Origin: an uncultured Aliarcobacter sp.
GTDB lineage: Bacteria; Campylobacterota; Campylobacteria; Campylobacterales; Arcobacteraceae
Reading direction: 5' to 3'
NCBI GenBank assembly: GCA_963664305.2
Contig: CAXXLV010000002.1
Location: forward strand, 1,440,001-1,504,000
Length of the DNA stretch: 64,000 nucleotides
Of this stretch, positions 9,911 to 20,319 are shown piece after piece. Every line of letters starts with the position of its first letter. The first letter of the stretch is position 1. The position numbers and the translations under genes were made by a program. The notes below the pieces were generated by a model. It worked only from the letters and a program-made list of their open reading frames with translations, ran no database searches and was not told where the DNA came from.

Positions 9911-11710
9911 TTATTTCTCATATAAATCATTATACTTTTCCTTTATAGCCAAGAATTCATCCAAATTATTAAAAAATATATCTATCAAAGTTGGGTCAAA
10001 ATGTTTACCTTTTTCATTTTTAAAATGTTCATATATTCTCTCTAAACTCCAAGCTTTTTTATAAACTCTTTCACTACTTAAAGCATCAAAAACATCTGCA
10101 ATTGCAGTAATTCTTCCAAAGATATGTATCTCTTCACCTTTTAAACCTAATGGATAACCACTTCCATCCCATTTTTCATGATGAGTGTATGATACAATTC
10201 CTGCTGCTCTTAATGTTTCTCTTTTTGAATTTTTTAATATCTCATAACCAATTTGAGCATGAGTCTTCATAATCTCCCACTCTTCATTTGTTAATTTTCC
10301 ATTTTTATTTAAAATTGCATCAGGAATACCAATTTTACCTATATCGTGCATTGGTGAAGCCATAAATAGTCTATTTATTTCTTCTTCACTTAAATTTATT
10401 TTTTGTGCAAATAATTTAGAATATTCTGCCACTCTTTTTACATGATATCCTGTTTCTGAACTTCTTGTTTCACCAATTTCACCAAGTTTATAAATAATTT
10501 CTCTTTGTGTCTCCTCCAATTCTTCATGTAAATCTTCAATTTCCGTTATATCATGACTTATTTGCATATATTCAACAATCTTACCTAGACTATCTTTTAA
10601 TGGATACGTAGTAACTTCAAGATGGAATTTTTTTTCATCTTTATTTTTATAAGTAAGTTTTCCTTTCCAAATATTCCCACTAAATATTTCATCTATTTGA
10701 TTATCATGCTCAAATATCGAATATGATTCTTCTAATAATTCATCTTTTGAATATCCACTTAAATCATAAAAATTCTCATTTGCATAGATAATATTTTTAT
10801 TTAAATCCATTCTTAAAATGATATTACTTTCATCTATTGCTTCTTTATAAGAATTTACCATTCTTATTGTTTCATTTAAATTTAACTCATTTTTTTGAGT
10901 CAAGTTTTGAAAGTAATCTTTTGATAATTCTAAATCTGTAATATCGTTAGCTAGCGAAATAAACTCTTTTATATTTCCATCTAAATCTAAAATTGGTTTA
11001 ACTATCAAATCAACAAAGTATTCTTTATTTTCTTTAGATATATTTTTAACTCTACCTTGCCAAGATTTTTTTTCAATTTTTATTTTTTTCCACATCTCTT
11101 TAAATATTTTATTATCCATTTTTGGATGTTTGATAATATTATGTGGTTTTCCAATTAATTCTTCTTTACTGTATCCAGAAATTTTTTCAAATGGTTCATT
11201 AACATAAGTTATAATACCACTACCATCTGTTTTAGAAATAATAGATCTTTCATCAACAATATCTTTATACTGTTTTAAAGTGTTATATATCTCTTTATTC
11301 TCTTTTTCAAGATATATATTTTTTGATATTTTGTACAAAGTTTCACTTAAAGCATATAGATTTATAGGTTTTACAAGATATCCTAAAACATTTAATTTTA
11401 TGGCTTCAAAAAGATAGTCTGAATCATTAAATGCTGTTGCAATTATGGTTGGAACATTTGGATCTATCTCTTTAATAGCCTTAATCATTTTTACACCATT
11501 CATTATTGGCATTTGAATATCTGTAATAATCAATTCTGGCTTAAACTCTTTATATAGATTTAATCCTTCTTCACCATTTTTTGCAACGTATAGTTTTTGA
11601 ACTTTTTTTCCTAAGAAATATTCTAATTCTTCCCTAATACTGTCATCATCTTCGACATAAAGTACTGTAGTTTTTTTCAAATAAAAGAAGTAATCTTGAT
11701 TACTATTCAT
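9911..11710 (-). CDS. REC-PAS-PAS-HD-GYP phosphodiesterase
   Basis: VLYVEDD/ITDIQMP receiver, two PAS repeats, HDIGKIGIPD, HHEKWDGSGYP. Confidence 0.93.
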   Translation of the reverse strand: MNSNQDYFFYLKKTTVLYVEDDDSIREELEYFLGKKVQKLYVAKNGEEGLNLYKEFKPELIITDIQMPIMNGVKMIKAIKEIDPNVPTIIATAFNDSDYLFEAIKLNVLGYLVKPINLYALSETLYKISKNIYLEKENKEIYNTLKQYKDIVDERSIISKTDGSGIITYVNEPFEKISGYSKEELIGKPHNIIKHPKMDNKIFKEMWKKIKIEKKSWQGRVKNISKENKEYFVDLIVKPILDLDGNIKEFISLANDITDLELSKDYFQNLTQKNELNLNETIRMVNSYKEAIDESNIILRMDLNKNIIYANENFYDLSGYSKDELLEESYSIFEHDNQIDEIFSGNIWKGKLTYKNKDEKKFHLEVTTYPLKDSLGKIVEYMQISHDITEIEDLHEELEETQREIIYKLGEIGETRSSETGYHVKRVAEYSKLFAQKINLSEEEINRLFMASPMHDIGKIGIPDAILNKNGKLTNEEWEIMKTHAQIGYEILKNSKRETLRAAGIVSYTHHEKWDGSGYPLGLKGEEIHIFGRITAIADVFDALSSERVYKKAWSLERIYEHFKNEKGKHFDPTLIDIFFNNLDEFLAIKEKYNDLYEK

Positions 11711-11795
11711 ATTTTCCTCTAAAATGTTTATCTTTTAGATTATACAACAAATATAAAAAAATAAAATAGTAAATTCTAATAATAATTTTGATGAG

Positions 11796-11825
11796 AAAAA
11801 GTTAAGTGAAAAATTCACTTAACTT
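11796..11825 (-). terminator. Intrinsic terminator after ftsH
   Basis: aagttaagtgaa-aaa-ttcacttaactt followed by a U-run on the minus strand. Confidence 0.75.
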
Positions 11826-11830
11826 AAAGT

Positions 11831-13837
11831 TTATTGTTCAGTTGTTTCTGTTTTTGTAGTTTCTGTAGTTTCTTCTTCAGTAATTATTGCTTCTGTATGT
11901 AAATCTTCATCTTCAAAAACTTTTCCACCATTTTCTTTGATGATTTCTCTTACTCTTTCACCAGTTATTACTTCAACATCTAATAATTCCGATGTCATTT
12001 GCTCAATAGCAGCGCTATTATCTCTTAATGATTGTAAAACAATTTCATATCTTTCATTTAATACTTTTTTTACATGGTCATCTAAATCTTTTGCCATTGC
12101 ATCAGAGAAATCTTTTTGTGTTTGTCCACCTAAAAATTGATTTGTTCTTCTTTCTAGTACCATTAATCCAGCAATATCACTCATACCATAAATAGTAGCC
12201 ATTGATTTGATAATTCCTGTTGCTCTTTCAAGGTCATTTCCTGCACCTGTAGAAATTTCACCAATAAATACTTCTTCTGCTGCTCTACCTCCAAGTAAAA
12301 CATCAACTTCAGCTAATAACTCATGTTTTTGCATTAAATATTTATTTTCTTCTGGAGTATTTAATGTATATCCAAGTGCAGCTAAACCTCTTGGAACAAT
12401 TGATACTTTATTTACTTTATTTGCACCTTTTGTAATCTCAGCAATTAAAGCATGACCAGATTCATGATAAGCAACAATTTTTCTCTCTTTTGGAGAAATT
12501 CTTCTTGATTTTTTCTCTAATCCAGCAATTTGTCTTTCAACTGCTTCTTTAAAATCACTTGGCTCAACTTCTTCTTTATTAGCTCGTCCAGCAAGTAATG
12601 CAGCTTCATTAATAATATTTGCTAAATCAGCTCCAGCAAGTCCTGCTGTCATTTTTGCAATTTCTTTTAAATCAACATTTTTTGCTAATTTTACATCTTT
12701 AATATGAACATTTAAAATTTCAATTCTACCTTCATAATCAGGTTTATCAACTAAAACTTGTCTATCAAATCTTCCTGGTCTTAAAAGTGCTGGGTCAAGA
12801 ACTTCTGGTCTATTTGTTGCAGCTAATACGATAACTGGTGCATGTTCAGTTGAGAATCCATCCATTTCAGCTAAAAGTTGATTTAATGTTTGTTCTCTTT
12901 CATCATTTCCACCCATTGGACCACCACTTGCTCTACTTTTACCGATTGCATCAATTTCATCAATAAAAATAATTGCAGGCGCAACTTTTTTTGCTTGTTC
13001 AAATAAATCTCTAACTCTTGAAGCTCCAACGCCTACAAACATTTCAATAAATGCAGAACCAGAAACTGATAAAAACTCAACATCTGCTTCTCCTGCAACT
13101 GCTTTTGCTAAAAGTGTTTTACCTGTACCTGGAGGTCCTACTAATAAAACACCTTTTGGAATTTGAGCACCAAGTCTTACATATCTATCTGGAGATTTTA
13201 AGAAATCAACAACTTCTTGAACTTCTTCTTTTGCCTCTTTATTTCCTGCCATATCATCAAACTTAACATTTGGTTTTTCAGAATTAATCATCTTTTTAGA
13301 TGAACCGATTCCAAGAATTCCTCCTGAACCACCACCCATTGATTTTTGCATTCTTTTAGCAATAAACATCCAAATAGCAAAGAAAATAAATATAGGTAAT
13401 ACCCAACCAAATAAAATATCAGCTAAAATATTTTCTTCATTGATACCACCATATCCAATTCCATTTTGCTCTAATGATGGAATTAATGTTTCATCAGGGA
13501 TTACTCTTCTTGCAGTGTAAGTTATAACTTGTCCACCATCACCTTTTGAAACAGCTCTAATTTGTGTATTTCCAATTCCAACATATTCAATTTTTCCTGA
13601 ACTAATTAATTTCTTTAAATCTGAATATGCGATTGTTTTATTTGTAGTTTGTCCAAATGCACTAACATTTGAATTTGAACTTCCCATTTGATCTTCTGGG
13701 AAAATTGCTTTAAATGCAAATATAGTTACAATCGAAAAAATTACAAATATTAATAATGGATTATTATTAAAAAAGTTATTATTGTTTCCATTATTTGCAT
13801 TATTATTGTTATTATTATTTTGTTGCTTTTTTGCCAT
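11831..13837 (-). CDS. ftsH: ATP-dependent zinc metalloprotease FtsH
   Basis: Two TMs, GPPGTGKT, DEIDA, RPGRFDR, HESGH. Confidence 0.98.
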   Translation of the reverse strand: MAKKQQNNNNNNNANNGNNNNFFNNNPLLIFVIFSIVTIFAFKAIFPEDQMGSSNSNVSAFGQTTNKTIAYSDLKKLISSGKIEYVGIGNTQIRAVSKGDGGQVITYTARRVIPDETLIPSLEQNGIGYGGINEENILADILFGWVLPIFIFFAIWMFIAKRMQKSMGGGSGGILGIGSSKKMINSEKPNVKFDDMAGNKEAKEEVQEVVDFLKSPDRYVRLGAQIPKGVLLVGPPGTGKTLLAKAVAGEADVEFLSVSGSAFIEMFVGVGASRVRDLFEQAKKVAPAIIFIDEIDAIGKSRASGGPMGGNDEREQTLNQLLAEMDGFSTEHAPVIVLAATNRPEVLDPALLRPGRFDRQVLVDKPDYEGRIEILNVHIKDVKLAKNVDLKEIAKMTAGLAGADLANIINEAALLAGRANKEEVEPSDFKEAVERQIAGLEKKSRRISPKERKIVAYHESGHALIAEITKGANKVNKVSIVPRGLAALGYTLNTPEENKYLMQKHELLAEVDVLLGGRAAEEVFIGEISTGAGNDLERATGIIKSMATIYGMSDIAGLMVLERRTNQFLGGQTQKDFSDAMAKDLDDHVKKVLNERYEIVLQSLRDNSAAIEQMTSELLDVEVITGERVREIIKENGGKVFEDEDLHTEAIITEEETTETTKTETTEQ

Positions 13838-13839
13838 AA

Positions 13840-14658
13840 TTAAAACTCCTTATTATTTTTAAATACAACAGTAACCCACTCATTTTTATGAATAAGTTTT
13901 ACTTCTTCCAAATCTTTAAATTTATTTAATACTCTATTTATATGTTTATCTAAAATACCTGAAATAATTAATGTCCCATTTTCATTTAAACATTTTTTTA
14001 AATCATTTGCAATCATAACTAATACATCAGCAACTATGTTTGCAATAACAACATCATATTTTTTAGTTGTTTTATTTGTTGAACCAACCCATGAGTCATT
14101 AAATGTAACACCGTTTAATTCAAAATTTGATTTTGTATCAACTATACAAACTTCATCTGTATCACAAATATCAACTATACAACCTTTTTTAGCTGCGGCA
14201 ATTGCTAAAATACCACTTCCTGTTCCCACATCTAAAACAGTTTGCTTTTCTTTTACAAATTCATCTATTGCTTCTATACAAGAAGATGTTGTTTCATGAT
14301 GTCCTGAACCAAAAGATAAAGCTGGATCAATTATAATATCTATTTTATTCTCTTTTTTTTCTTCCCATGATGGTCTAATAAAAAAGTTTCCCACTTCAAC
14401 TGATTTAACAGATTTTTGATATTCTTTTATCCAATCTATATTCTCTTTTTTATCATATGTAATATTACAGTTTGTATTTAATGCTTTAGAAAACTCTTCG
14501 ATTCCAAATTTAATATCTTCAAGTTCTTCTTCACTTCGAACAATTAAAGTACCTTCATTTTCTTCGATTGCATCTGTTGTTAGTGATTCTAATAAATCTA
14601 AAAAAAGTTCATAATGATTATCTGGTTTTAAAGCTAATTCAAAATAGTATTTAGACAA
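13840..14658 (-). CDS. prmA: Ribosomal protein L11 methyltransferase
   Basis: IDPALSFGSGHHETT, VLDVGTGSGILAI, VIANI. Confidence 0.95.
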   Translation of the reverse strand: MSKYYFELALKPDNHYELFLDLLESLTTDAIEENEGTLIVRSEEELEDIKFGIEEFSKALNTNCNITYDKKENIDWIKEYQKSVKSVEVGNFFIRPSWEEKKENKIDIIIDPALSFGSGHHETTSSCIEAIDEFVKEKQTVLDVGTGSGILAIAAAKKGCIVDICDTDEVCIVDTKSNFELNGVTFNDSWVGSTNKTTKKYDVVIANIVADVLVMIANDLKKCLNENGTLIISGILDKHINRVLNKFKDLEEVKLIHKNEWVTVVFKNNKEF

Positions 14659-14751
14659 ATATTTCCTTTATTAAAAAATTGTTTATAATTTCTTTACTTA
14701 TAAAAAGTGTAATATTCTATCTAAATAACTTTTGAATCTAATTAAAAAGGT

Positions 14752-15684
14752 TTAAAAAAAGTTTTCTATCATATCTCTCATGACATCTACATCAGAGATT
14801 TTATTAACTATATCTCTAAATTCATTGGCACCTGTGTAACCTTTAGAGTAAGCGTGTAATAATTTTCTAAACATTATTGCACCATGTGGTCCATGAAACT
14901 TTAACATAGCATCATAATGTTCTAAAATTATCTCTTTTTTCTTTTCATTTGAAATATTTTCTATTCCATGTTTTAACTGATAAAATACCCAAGGTTTTCC
15001 TATAGCACCTCGACCTATCATAACTCCATTTGCTTTTGTATATTCTAATACTTCTTTTGCTTTTTCGTAATCTTTTATATCACCATTTGCAATAACAGGA
15101 ATAGATACAGCTTCTTTCATCATTTTAATTGCATCATAATCAACTGGAGCTTTATATTTTCCAGCTCTTGTTCTTCCATGAACTGATACAAAATCAACTC
15201 CACAAGCTTCAACTGCTTTACCAATTTCTACTGGAATTTTTTCATTTACACCAAGTCTTACTTTTGCACTTGTATATTGTTTTTTAGAATATTTTTTAAC
15301 TGTAGATAAAATCTCTTCAAGTTTTTTTAAATCTCCTAAAAGATTTGAACCTGAACCATGATTAAAAACTTTTGGAGCAGGACATCCACAGTTTAAATCA
15401 ATTCCATCAATCCCTTCAACATCATTCAAGATTTCAACAGCAGCTTTTACTAAATCTACACTATTTCCAGCTATTTGAACGAAATATGGATCTTCTGTTG
15501 GAGATTTTTCTATCATTTTTAGTGTTCTTGCACTTTTATAAACTAAAGCATTTGAAGAAATCATTTCAGAGATAGTTAAATCAGCACCAAATTTTTTTAC
15601 AACCGACCTAAAAGGCAAATCTGTATAACCTGCAAGTGGTGCTAACACCACTAGAGGTTTGCTAAAATCAATTTTTTTATTCAT
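14752..15684 (-). CDS. dusB: tRNA-dihydrouridine synthase (DusB-like)
   Basis: LAPLAGYTD, DLNCGCP, VHGRTR, ANGDI, MIGRG. Confidence 0.9.
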   Translation of the reverse strand: MNKKIDFSKPLVVLAPLAGYTDLPFRSVVKKFGADLTISEMISSNALVYKSARTLKMIEKSPTEDPYFVQIAGNSVDLVKAAVEILNDVEGIDGIDLNCGCPAPKVFNHGSGSNLLGDLKKLEEILSTVKKYSKKQYTSAKVRLGVNEKIPVEIGKAVEACGVDFVSVHGRTRAGKYKAPVDYDAIKMMKEAVSIPVIANGDIKDYEKAKEVLEYTKANGVMIGRGAIGKPWVFYQLKHGIENISNEKKKEIILEHYDAMLKFHGPHGAIMFRKLLHAYSKGYTGANEFRDIVNKISDVDVMRDMIENFF

Positions 15685-16697
15685 TATTTATAAGATATCG
15701 TTTCTAAATTATAGTGTTTTCCAGATTCTTTTAAATCTAGAAGTGCTTTAAATGCAGTGTATTTATTATCTGGAGTTAAAGAAACTATTTCTTTAACTTT
15801 ATCAATCATTTCATATTCACATAACACATGTAAATAAGCTGTTGTTGCTTCTTCAACTTCATTTGATAATTTTTCAAAAATAGCAATTATTTGATCAGGT
15901 TTTAATATTTTTTCATAATTTTTAGCTAATGCTAAATAATCATCTTTATTAAATTCTAAATCTTTAACTATTGCTAAAATCTCTTCAGCTGTAAATCCAA
16001 ACTCATTATTTGCTGCATCTTTTTCAAAAAGTTTAAATGCCAACTCTTTATCAAGTTTTATATTTTTATAAACTTTTTTAACTGTTGTCATTGTTTTTTC
16101 TTGTAATACATTTTCAAATGATTGTCTTACTACATTTGCTGAATAATTTTCAGATTTTTTTAATACATCCACTGCAAAATCAATTTGCTCATTAACTTTA
16201 TTTAGTATATTTAAGTTTGCTAATTTTGATGTTTCATTTATTTTGAAAGACTTTTCACTTACAAATTTACCATCATTAATATCTTGGATATTTCCAACAA
16301 TTTTATTTAACTCTTCATTTGAAGATGTAAATCTTTCATCTTTTGGTGTTATTTTAAATTGTGATAGTATTGAAGATAAATTTCTAAAATCTTTTGTTCT
16401 AAACTTAACTACATTAGTTTTTTCTAACAATTGTGATTTAATAAACTCAACCATTGTTTCATGATCTTTATTTACAGCTCTTTGCTTGAAATAGTTAATT
16501 AATCCATAAAAAATAATATGTAAATAAGTAACTAACGTTAAAACTACCACTGGAAATATAATCCAAACAGACACAGGTAAATTTAAAGAATATCCAAGTA
16601 GTGAAATTTCATATTCACCTAACTCTAAGCTATATGCATATCCAAATACTGCAATAATAAATATTATTGAAGAGATGATATATTTTTTAAGACCCAT
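15684..16697 (-). CDS. Conserved hypothetical membrane protein (2 N-terminal TMs, helical C-terminus)
   Basis: 337-aa ORF coupled to dus; hydrophobic N-terminus. Confidence 0.8.
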   Translation of the reverse strand: MGLKKYIISSIIFIIAVFGYAYSLELGEYEISLLGYSLNLPVSVWIIFPVVVLTLVTYLHIIFYGLINYFKQRAVNKDHETMVEFIKSQLLEKTNVVKFRTKDFRNLSSILSQFKITPKDERFTSSNEELNKIVGNIQDINDGKFVSEKSFKINETSKLANLNILNKVNEQIDFAVDVLKKSENYSANVVRQSFENVLQEKTMTTVKKVYKNIKLDKELAFKLFEKDAANNEFGFTAEEILAIVKDLEFNKDDYLALAKNYEKILKPDQIIAIFEKLSNEVEEATTAYLHVLCEYEMIDKVKEIVSLTPDNKYTAFKALLDLKESGKHYNLETISYK

Positions 16698-16758
16698 CTT
16701 CTTTCCTTTTTATAAGACTTTCTTTTACTATTTTTCATTATACAAAAATGTTTATAAA

Positions 16759-17217
16759 TTACTTATGATATGGATGATTATTTTGAATACTCAAAGCTCT
16801 AAATATCTGTTCAGTTAAAACCACATTTGCAACTTTGTGAGCCATAGTTAAATCACTAAGTGAAATCACACTATCACATTTTTGTAAAAATTCTCTTTGA
16901 AATCCATATGCTCCACCAATAAAAAAATTAACTTCATTTTTATTTTCAATTAAATTTGAAAAAGCGTATGTATCAACTTTTTTACCTAAAACATCAAGTG
17001 CAATATTGTAGCCTTTTAGTAATGGTTCATAAGTTTCACTATATGATTGTTGAGCCTCTTTTTCACCAATAGTTTGGGCTTTTGCTATATTTTTATTAAA
17101 AATATATAAAACTTCAACTTTTGCATATTTTGAAGACATTTTTACAAATTCTTGTATAATCGAATCAAAATTATCTTTTGATGGTTTTAATATAGAATAT
17201 ATAGTTATTTTACTCAT
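16759..17217 (-). CDS. rlmH: 23S rRNA pseudouridine-1915 N3-methyltransferase
   Basis: FFIGGAYG, SLSDLTMAH, EQIFRA...HPYHK; ATG at 17217. Confidence 0.95.
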   Translation of the reverse strand: MSKITIYSILKPSKDNFDSIIQEFVKMSSKYAKVEVLYIFNKNIAKAQTIGEKEAQQSYSETYEPLLKGYNIALDVLGKKVDTYAFSNLIENKNEVNFFIGGAYGFQREFLQKCDSVISLSDLTMAHKVANVVLTEQIFRALSIQNNHPYHK

Positions 17218-17818
17218 TGTAAAATCCACTTCCAATTACATTAAATCTAATATTAGGTATTTTATCACTTATATGAACCCCACCTATGGCACAAACTGGA
17301 TGTTTAGATATTTTTGCTAAATAAGAAATCTTATCACCCAAAATAGTACTAACATCTTTTGTTGTTGTATTTTTATAAGCTCCAAGACCAATCATATCTA
17401 AAGGAAGTTCATTTGCTTCTAAAATCTCTAATTCATTATGAGTTGATAATCCTAATAACTTATCTTTAATTTTTGCTCTAACTAATTTTGTTGCAATTTT
17501 TTTATCATTATGTATTTTAGAAAAATCTTCTTGACCTAAATGTAATCCATCTGCATATTCTATTAATTCAATTTTGTCATTTATTATTATTGGTACATTC
17601 AAATTTGATTTTAAATATAAAAGATTTGTTTTTTGTTCTTCAATTGATGAAATTTTGTCTCTATATTGAACTAATTTCACATCATTTTTTTTACATAAAT
17701 CAACAAATTTTTCTAAAGAGATATTTTTTTTTGAAAGAGTTTCATAATCACATAAGATATATAAGTAATTAAAGGCTTTAAGTTCAAAACCTAAAGCCTT
17801 TTCTAAATTTGAAATCAT
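17210..17818 (-). CDS. thiE: Thiamine-phosphate synthase family protein
   Basis: VQYRDK, IIIND, ADGLHLGQED, GLSTHN, AIGG. Confidence 0.8.
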   Translation of the reverse strand: MISNLEKALGFELKAFNYLYILCDYETLSKKNISLEKFVDLCKKNDVKLVQYRDKISSIEEQKTNLLYLKSNLNVPIIINDKIELIEYADGLHLGQEDFSKIHNDKKIATKLVRAKIKDKLLGLSTHNELEILEANELPLDMIGLGAYKNTTTKDVSTILGDKISYLAKISKHPVCAIGGVHISDKIPNIRFNVIGSGFYNE

Positions 17819-17821
17819 TTA

Positions 17822-18688
17822 TTAGCTAATTTTTTCTTTTTGAAACATACTTAAAAGGTCAGTTAAAGTTTGTTTCATTTTTGATCTATTAACAACCATA
17901 TCAATAGAACCTTTTTCTAGTAAGAACTCTGCTCTTTGGAAACCTGCTGGTAAATCAGCTCCAATTGTTTGTTTAATAACTCTTTGACCTGCAAATCCAA
18001 TTAACGCACCTGGTTCTGCCATAATAATATCACCTAAAAAGGCAAATGAAGCAGAAACTCCACCCATTGTTGGGTCAGTTAATATTGAAATATATGGAAG
18101 TTTTGCATGGTCTAACTTTTTAAGAGCTGCAGAAGTTTTTGCCATTTGCATTAATGCAAAAGTTGACTCTTGCATTCTAGCACCTCCTGAAGCAGAGATA
18201 ATAATTAAACCTTGGTGTTTTTCAATAGCTCTATTTACAGCTCGTACTATTTTTTCACCTTCAACAGAACCTAAACTTCCACCCATAAATGCAAAGTCAA
18301 AAACAACCATTTGTACAGGAATACCATTTATTGTACATTCACCACTAACAACAGATGATGTTCTTCCTGTATTTTTTAAAGCTTCATCAACTCTTTTTTT
18401 ATAAGAAGTTTTATCAACAAATTTTAATGGATCATTTGGCTTTAGATTTGCATCATATTCAACAAAACTATCTTTATCTGTTAAAATCTCAATTCTTCTT
18501 TTTGCACCAATTCTCATATGAAAATTACATTTTGGGCAAATATTATCTTGATTTTCTACCTCTTTAAAAAACATCAATGCACTACATTCTGGACATTTTA
18601 CCCAGTGACTTGGTGCATCTTTTTTTGTTGGCTGTTCTTTTGATTTTGTATCAAAAGATATTTTGCTAAATAAGTTTCTTAAATCCAT
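17822..18688 (-). CDS. accD: Acetyl-CoA carboxylase carboxyltransferase beta subunit
   Basis: WVKCPEC...CPKC zinc finger, [26 protein letters not shown]. Confidence 0.98.
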   Translation of the reverse strand: MDLRNLFSKISFDTKSKEQPTKKDAPSHWVKCPECSALMFFKEVENQDNICPKCNFHMRIGAKRRIEILTDKDSFVEYDANLKPNDPLKFVDKTSYKKRVDEALKNTGRTSSVVSGECTINGIPVQMVVFDFAFMGGSLGSVEGEKIVRAVNRAIEKHQGLIIISASGGARMQESTFALMQMAKTSAALKKLDHAKLPYISILTDPTMGGVSASFAFLGDIIMAEPGALIGFAGQRVIKQTIGADLPAGFQRAEFLLEKGSIDMVVNRSKMKQTLTDLLSMFQKEKIS

Positions 18689-18700
18689 AATAATCCTTTA

Positions 18701-19915
18701 TTATTTTTGAATGTTTTCAAATTTATCTAATTCGTCTAATTTTTCCCAAGGATAATCGCTTTGACCAACTTGTCCACGTGCAGCAACATCTGCATAAAGG
18801 AAAGTTTTTTCACTTGGTTTATCTAAGGCAAATTTTTCTGTAATCCATCTTGGTGTTAATGGGAAAGTATCCATTACAAATTGTGATAATGTATCATCAT
18901 CAAATTTTGTAAATGTTCCCATTGTATCAACTGCAACTGAAGTTGGACGTGCAACACCAATAGCATATGAAATTTGTACAATTGCTTTTTTTGCTAATCC
19001 TGAAGCAACAATATGTTTAGCTATCCAACGTGCAGCATAAAGTCCACTTCTATCAACTTTTGTATAATCTTTTGAACTTTGAGCTCCACCACCAATTGGT
19101 GCATATCCACCAAATGAATCAACAATTAATTTTCTTCCTGTTAATCCACTATCATGTAAAGAAGAGTGATTTACATATCTTCCTGTTGGATTAATATGAA
19201 TAATTGTTGAATTTTTATCATACATATTTGTAGGAAGTCCTGAATCATCAATTAAACCTTGGATTAAAGATCTTACTTCTTCTATTGGCATTCCTTCAAC
19301 AGAAGGTGCACTTACAACTATTGTATGAATTTTTTGTGGTTTACAATTTTCAAAATTCTCTTTTGTACCATAATCAACTGTAACTTGTGTTTTAATATCA
19401 ACTCCAAGTTTTTGATTATGATGTAAAGCATAATTATAAACTTTATCACATAACATTCTAGCATAAGTAATAGCTGCTGGCATATAATCTGCTGTTTCTC
19501 TAGAAGCAAAACCAAACATAATTCCTTGGTCACCTGCTCCAATTTCTCCAGTTGTTTGGTCAACTCCTTGAGAAATATCTGGACTTTGTTGATTTAGTAA
19601 AACTTGAACTTTTACTTCATCAGGGTGTAAGCATTGTTCTTTTGTGAATGCTGATTTTCCATCATATCCAATTTTAGCCAATGCATCTTTTACTAATTTT
19701 TCATAATCTTCAAAAGATAATTGTGCTTTTGATTTTACTTCACCACCAATTACCACATGTTTTCCAGCAACAAATACTTCAGATGCTACACGACTATCTT
19801 TATCTTCTATAATTAATCTATCAACTATTGAGTCTGCTATAATATCTGCACATTTGTCAGGGTGTCCTGGGCTTACTACTTCACTTGTAAATAAATATTG
19901 AGTTTGTTTTTTCAT
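18701..19915 (-). CDS. metK: S-adenosylmethionine synthetase
   Basis: FTSEVVSPGHPDK, GAGDQG, DSGLTGRK, KVDRSG; start ambiguous (19915, 19927 or 19966) because of upstream repeats. Confidence 0.97.
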   Translation of the reverse strand: MKKQTQYLFTSEVVSPGHPDKCADIIADSIVDRLIIEDKDSRVASEVFVAGKHVVIGGEVKSKAQLSFEDYEKLVKDALAKIGYDGKSAFTKEQCLHPDEVKVQVLLNQQSPDISQGVDQTTGEIGAGDQGIMFGFASRETADYMPAAITYARMLCDKVYNYALHHNQKLGVDIKTQVTVDYGTKENFENCKPQKIHTIVVSAPSVEGMPIEEVRSLIQGLIDDSGLPTNMYDKNSTIIHINPTGRYVNHSSLHDSGLTGRKLIVDSFGGYAPIGGGAQSSKDYTKVDRSGLYAARWIAKHIVASGLAKKAIVQISYAIGVARPTSVAVDTMGTFTKFDDDTLSQFVMDTFPLTPRWITEKFALDKPSEKTFLYADVAARGQVGQSDYPWEKLDELDKFENIQK

Positions 19916-19995
19916 TTTGTTTTCCATCCTTTGTTTTCCACAAGCCTTGCTTGAGTTGTTTTCCATCTTTTGTTTTCCATTTTTTTGTTTTCTAT
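19916..19995 (-). repeat. Five direct copies of RTRGAAAACAA immediately upstream of metK
   Basis: Plus-strand ttgttttc(c/t)a at 19917, 19931, 19956, 19970 and 19985. Confidence 0.9.
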
Positions 19996-20088
19996 AAATA
20001 TGTTTAAGAAAGTTAAAATAAAAATTTAAAGAATTCAATTTGCCATAAAGACAAAAAGTTTGTAATTTTAGCTAAAAATTGCTGTCAT

Positions 20089-20319
20089 TTACTTTTTATT
20101 CTTTAACTGTTTTTTAAATTCTTTAAGAATGTTTATCTCTTTTTTTAATTTTTCTTTCTCTTCTATATTGTTAAGTTCTTTGATTTTTTGTTGTATTTTA
20201 GAGATTTTATTTTCGATTTTTTCTTGAAGTTTTTTTACTTTTTTCTTTTCAACTTCTTGCTCATCTTCAATTAGTGACAGATATTTTTTAACTTTTTCAT
20301 AAATTCTTTGAAGCTTCAT
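20089..20319 (-). CDS. Small Lys/Glu-rich coiled-coil hypothetical protein
   Basis: 76-aa ORF with AGGAGAGG SD, overlapping the transporter stop. Confidence 0.7.
   Translation of the reverse strand: MKLQRIYEKVKKYLSLIEDEQEVEKKKVKKLQEKIENKISKIQQKIKELNNIEEKEKLKKEINILKEFKKQLKNKK

Noticed and set aside
19916..19995. metK leader repeats as a CRISPR array or SAM riboswitch
   Set aside because: Units are about 11-14 nt without unique spacers, no cas genes are present, and I see no SAM riboswitch helices.
19967..20038. Long N-terminal extension of MetK from the TTG at 20038
   Set aside because: No SD and no MetK similarity; the frame stays open through the A-rich repeat leader.
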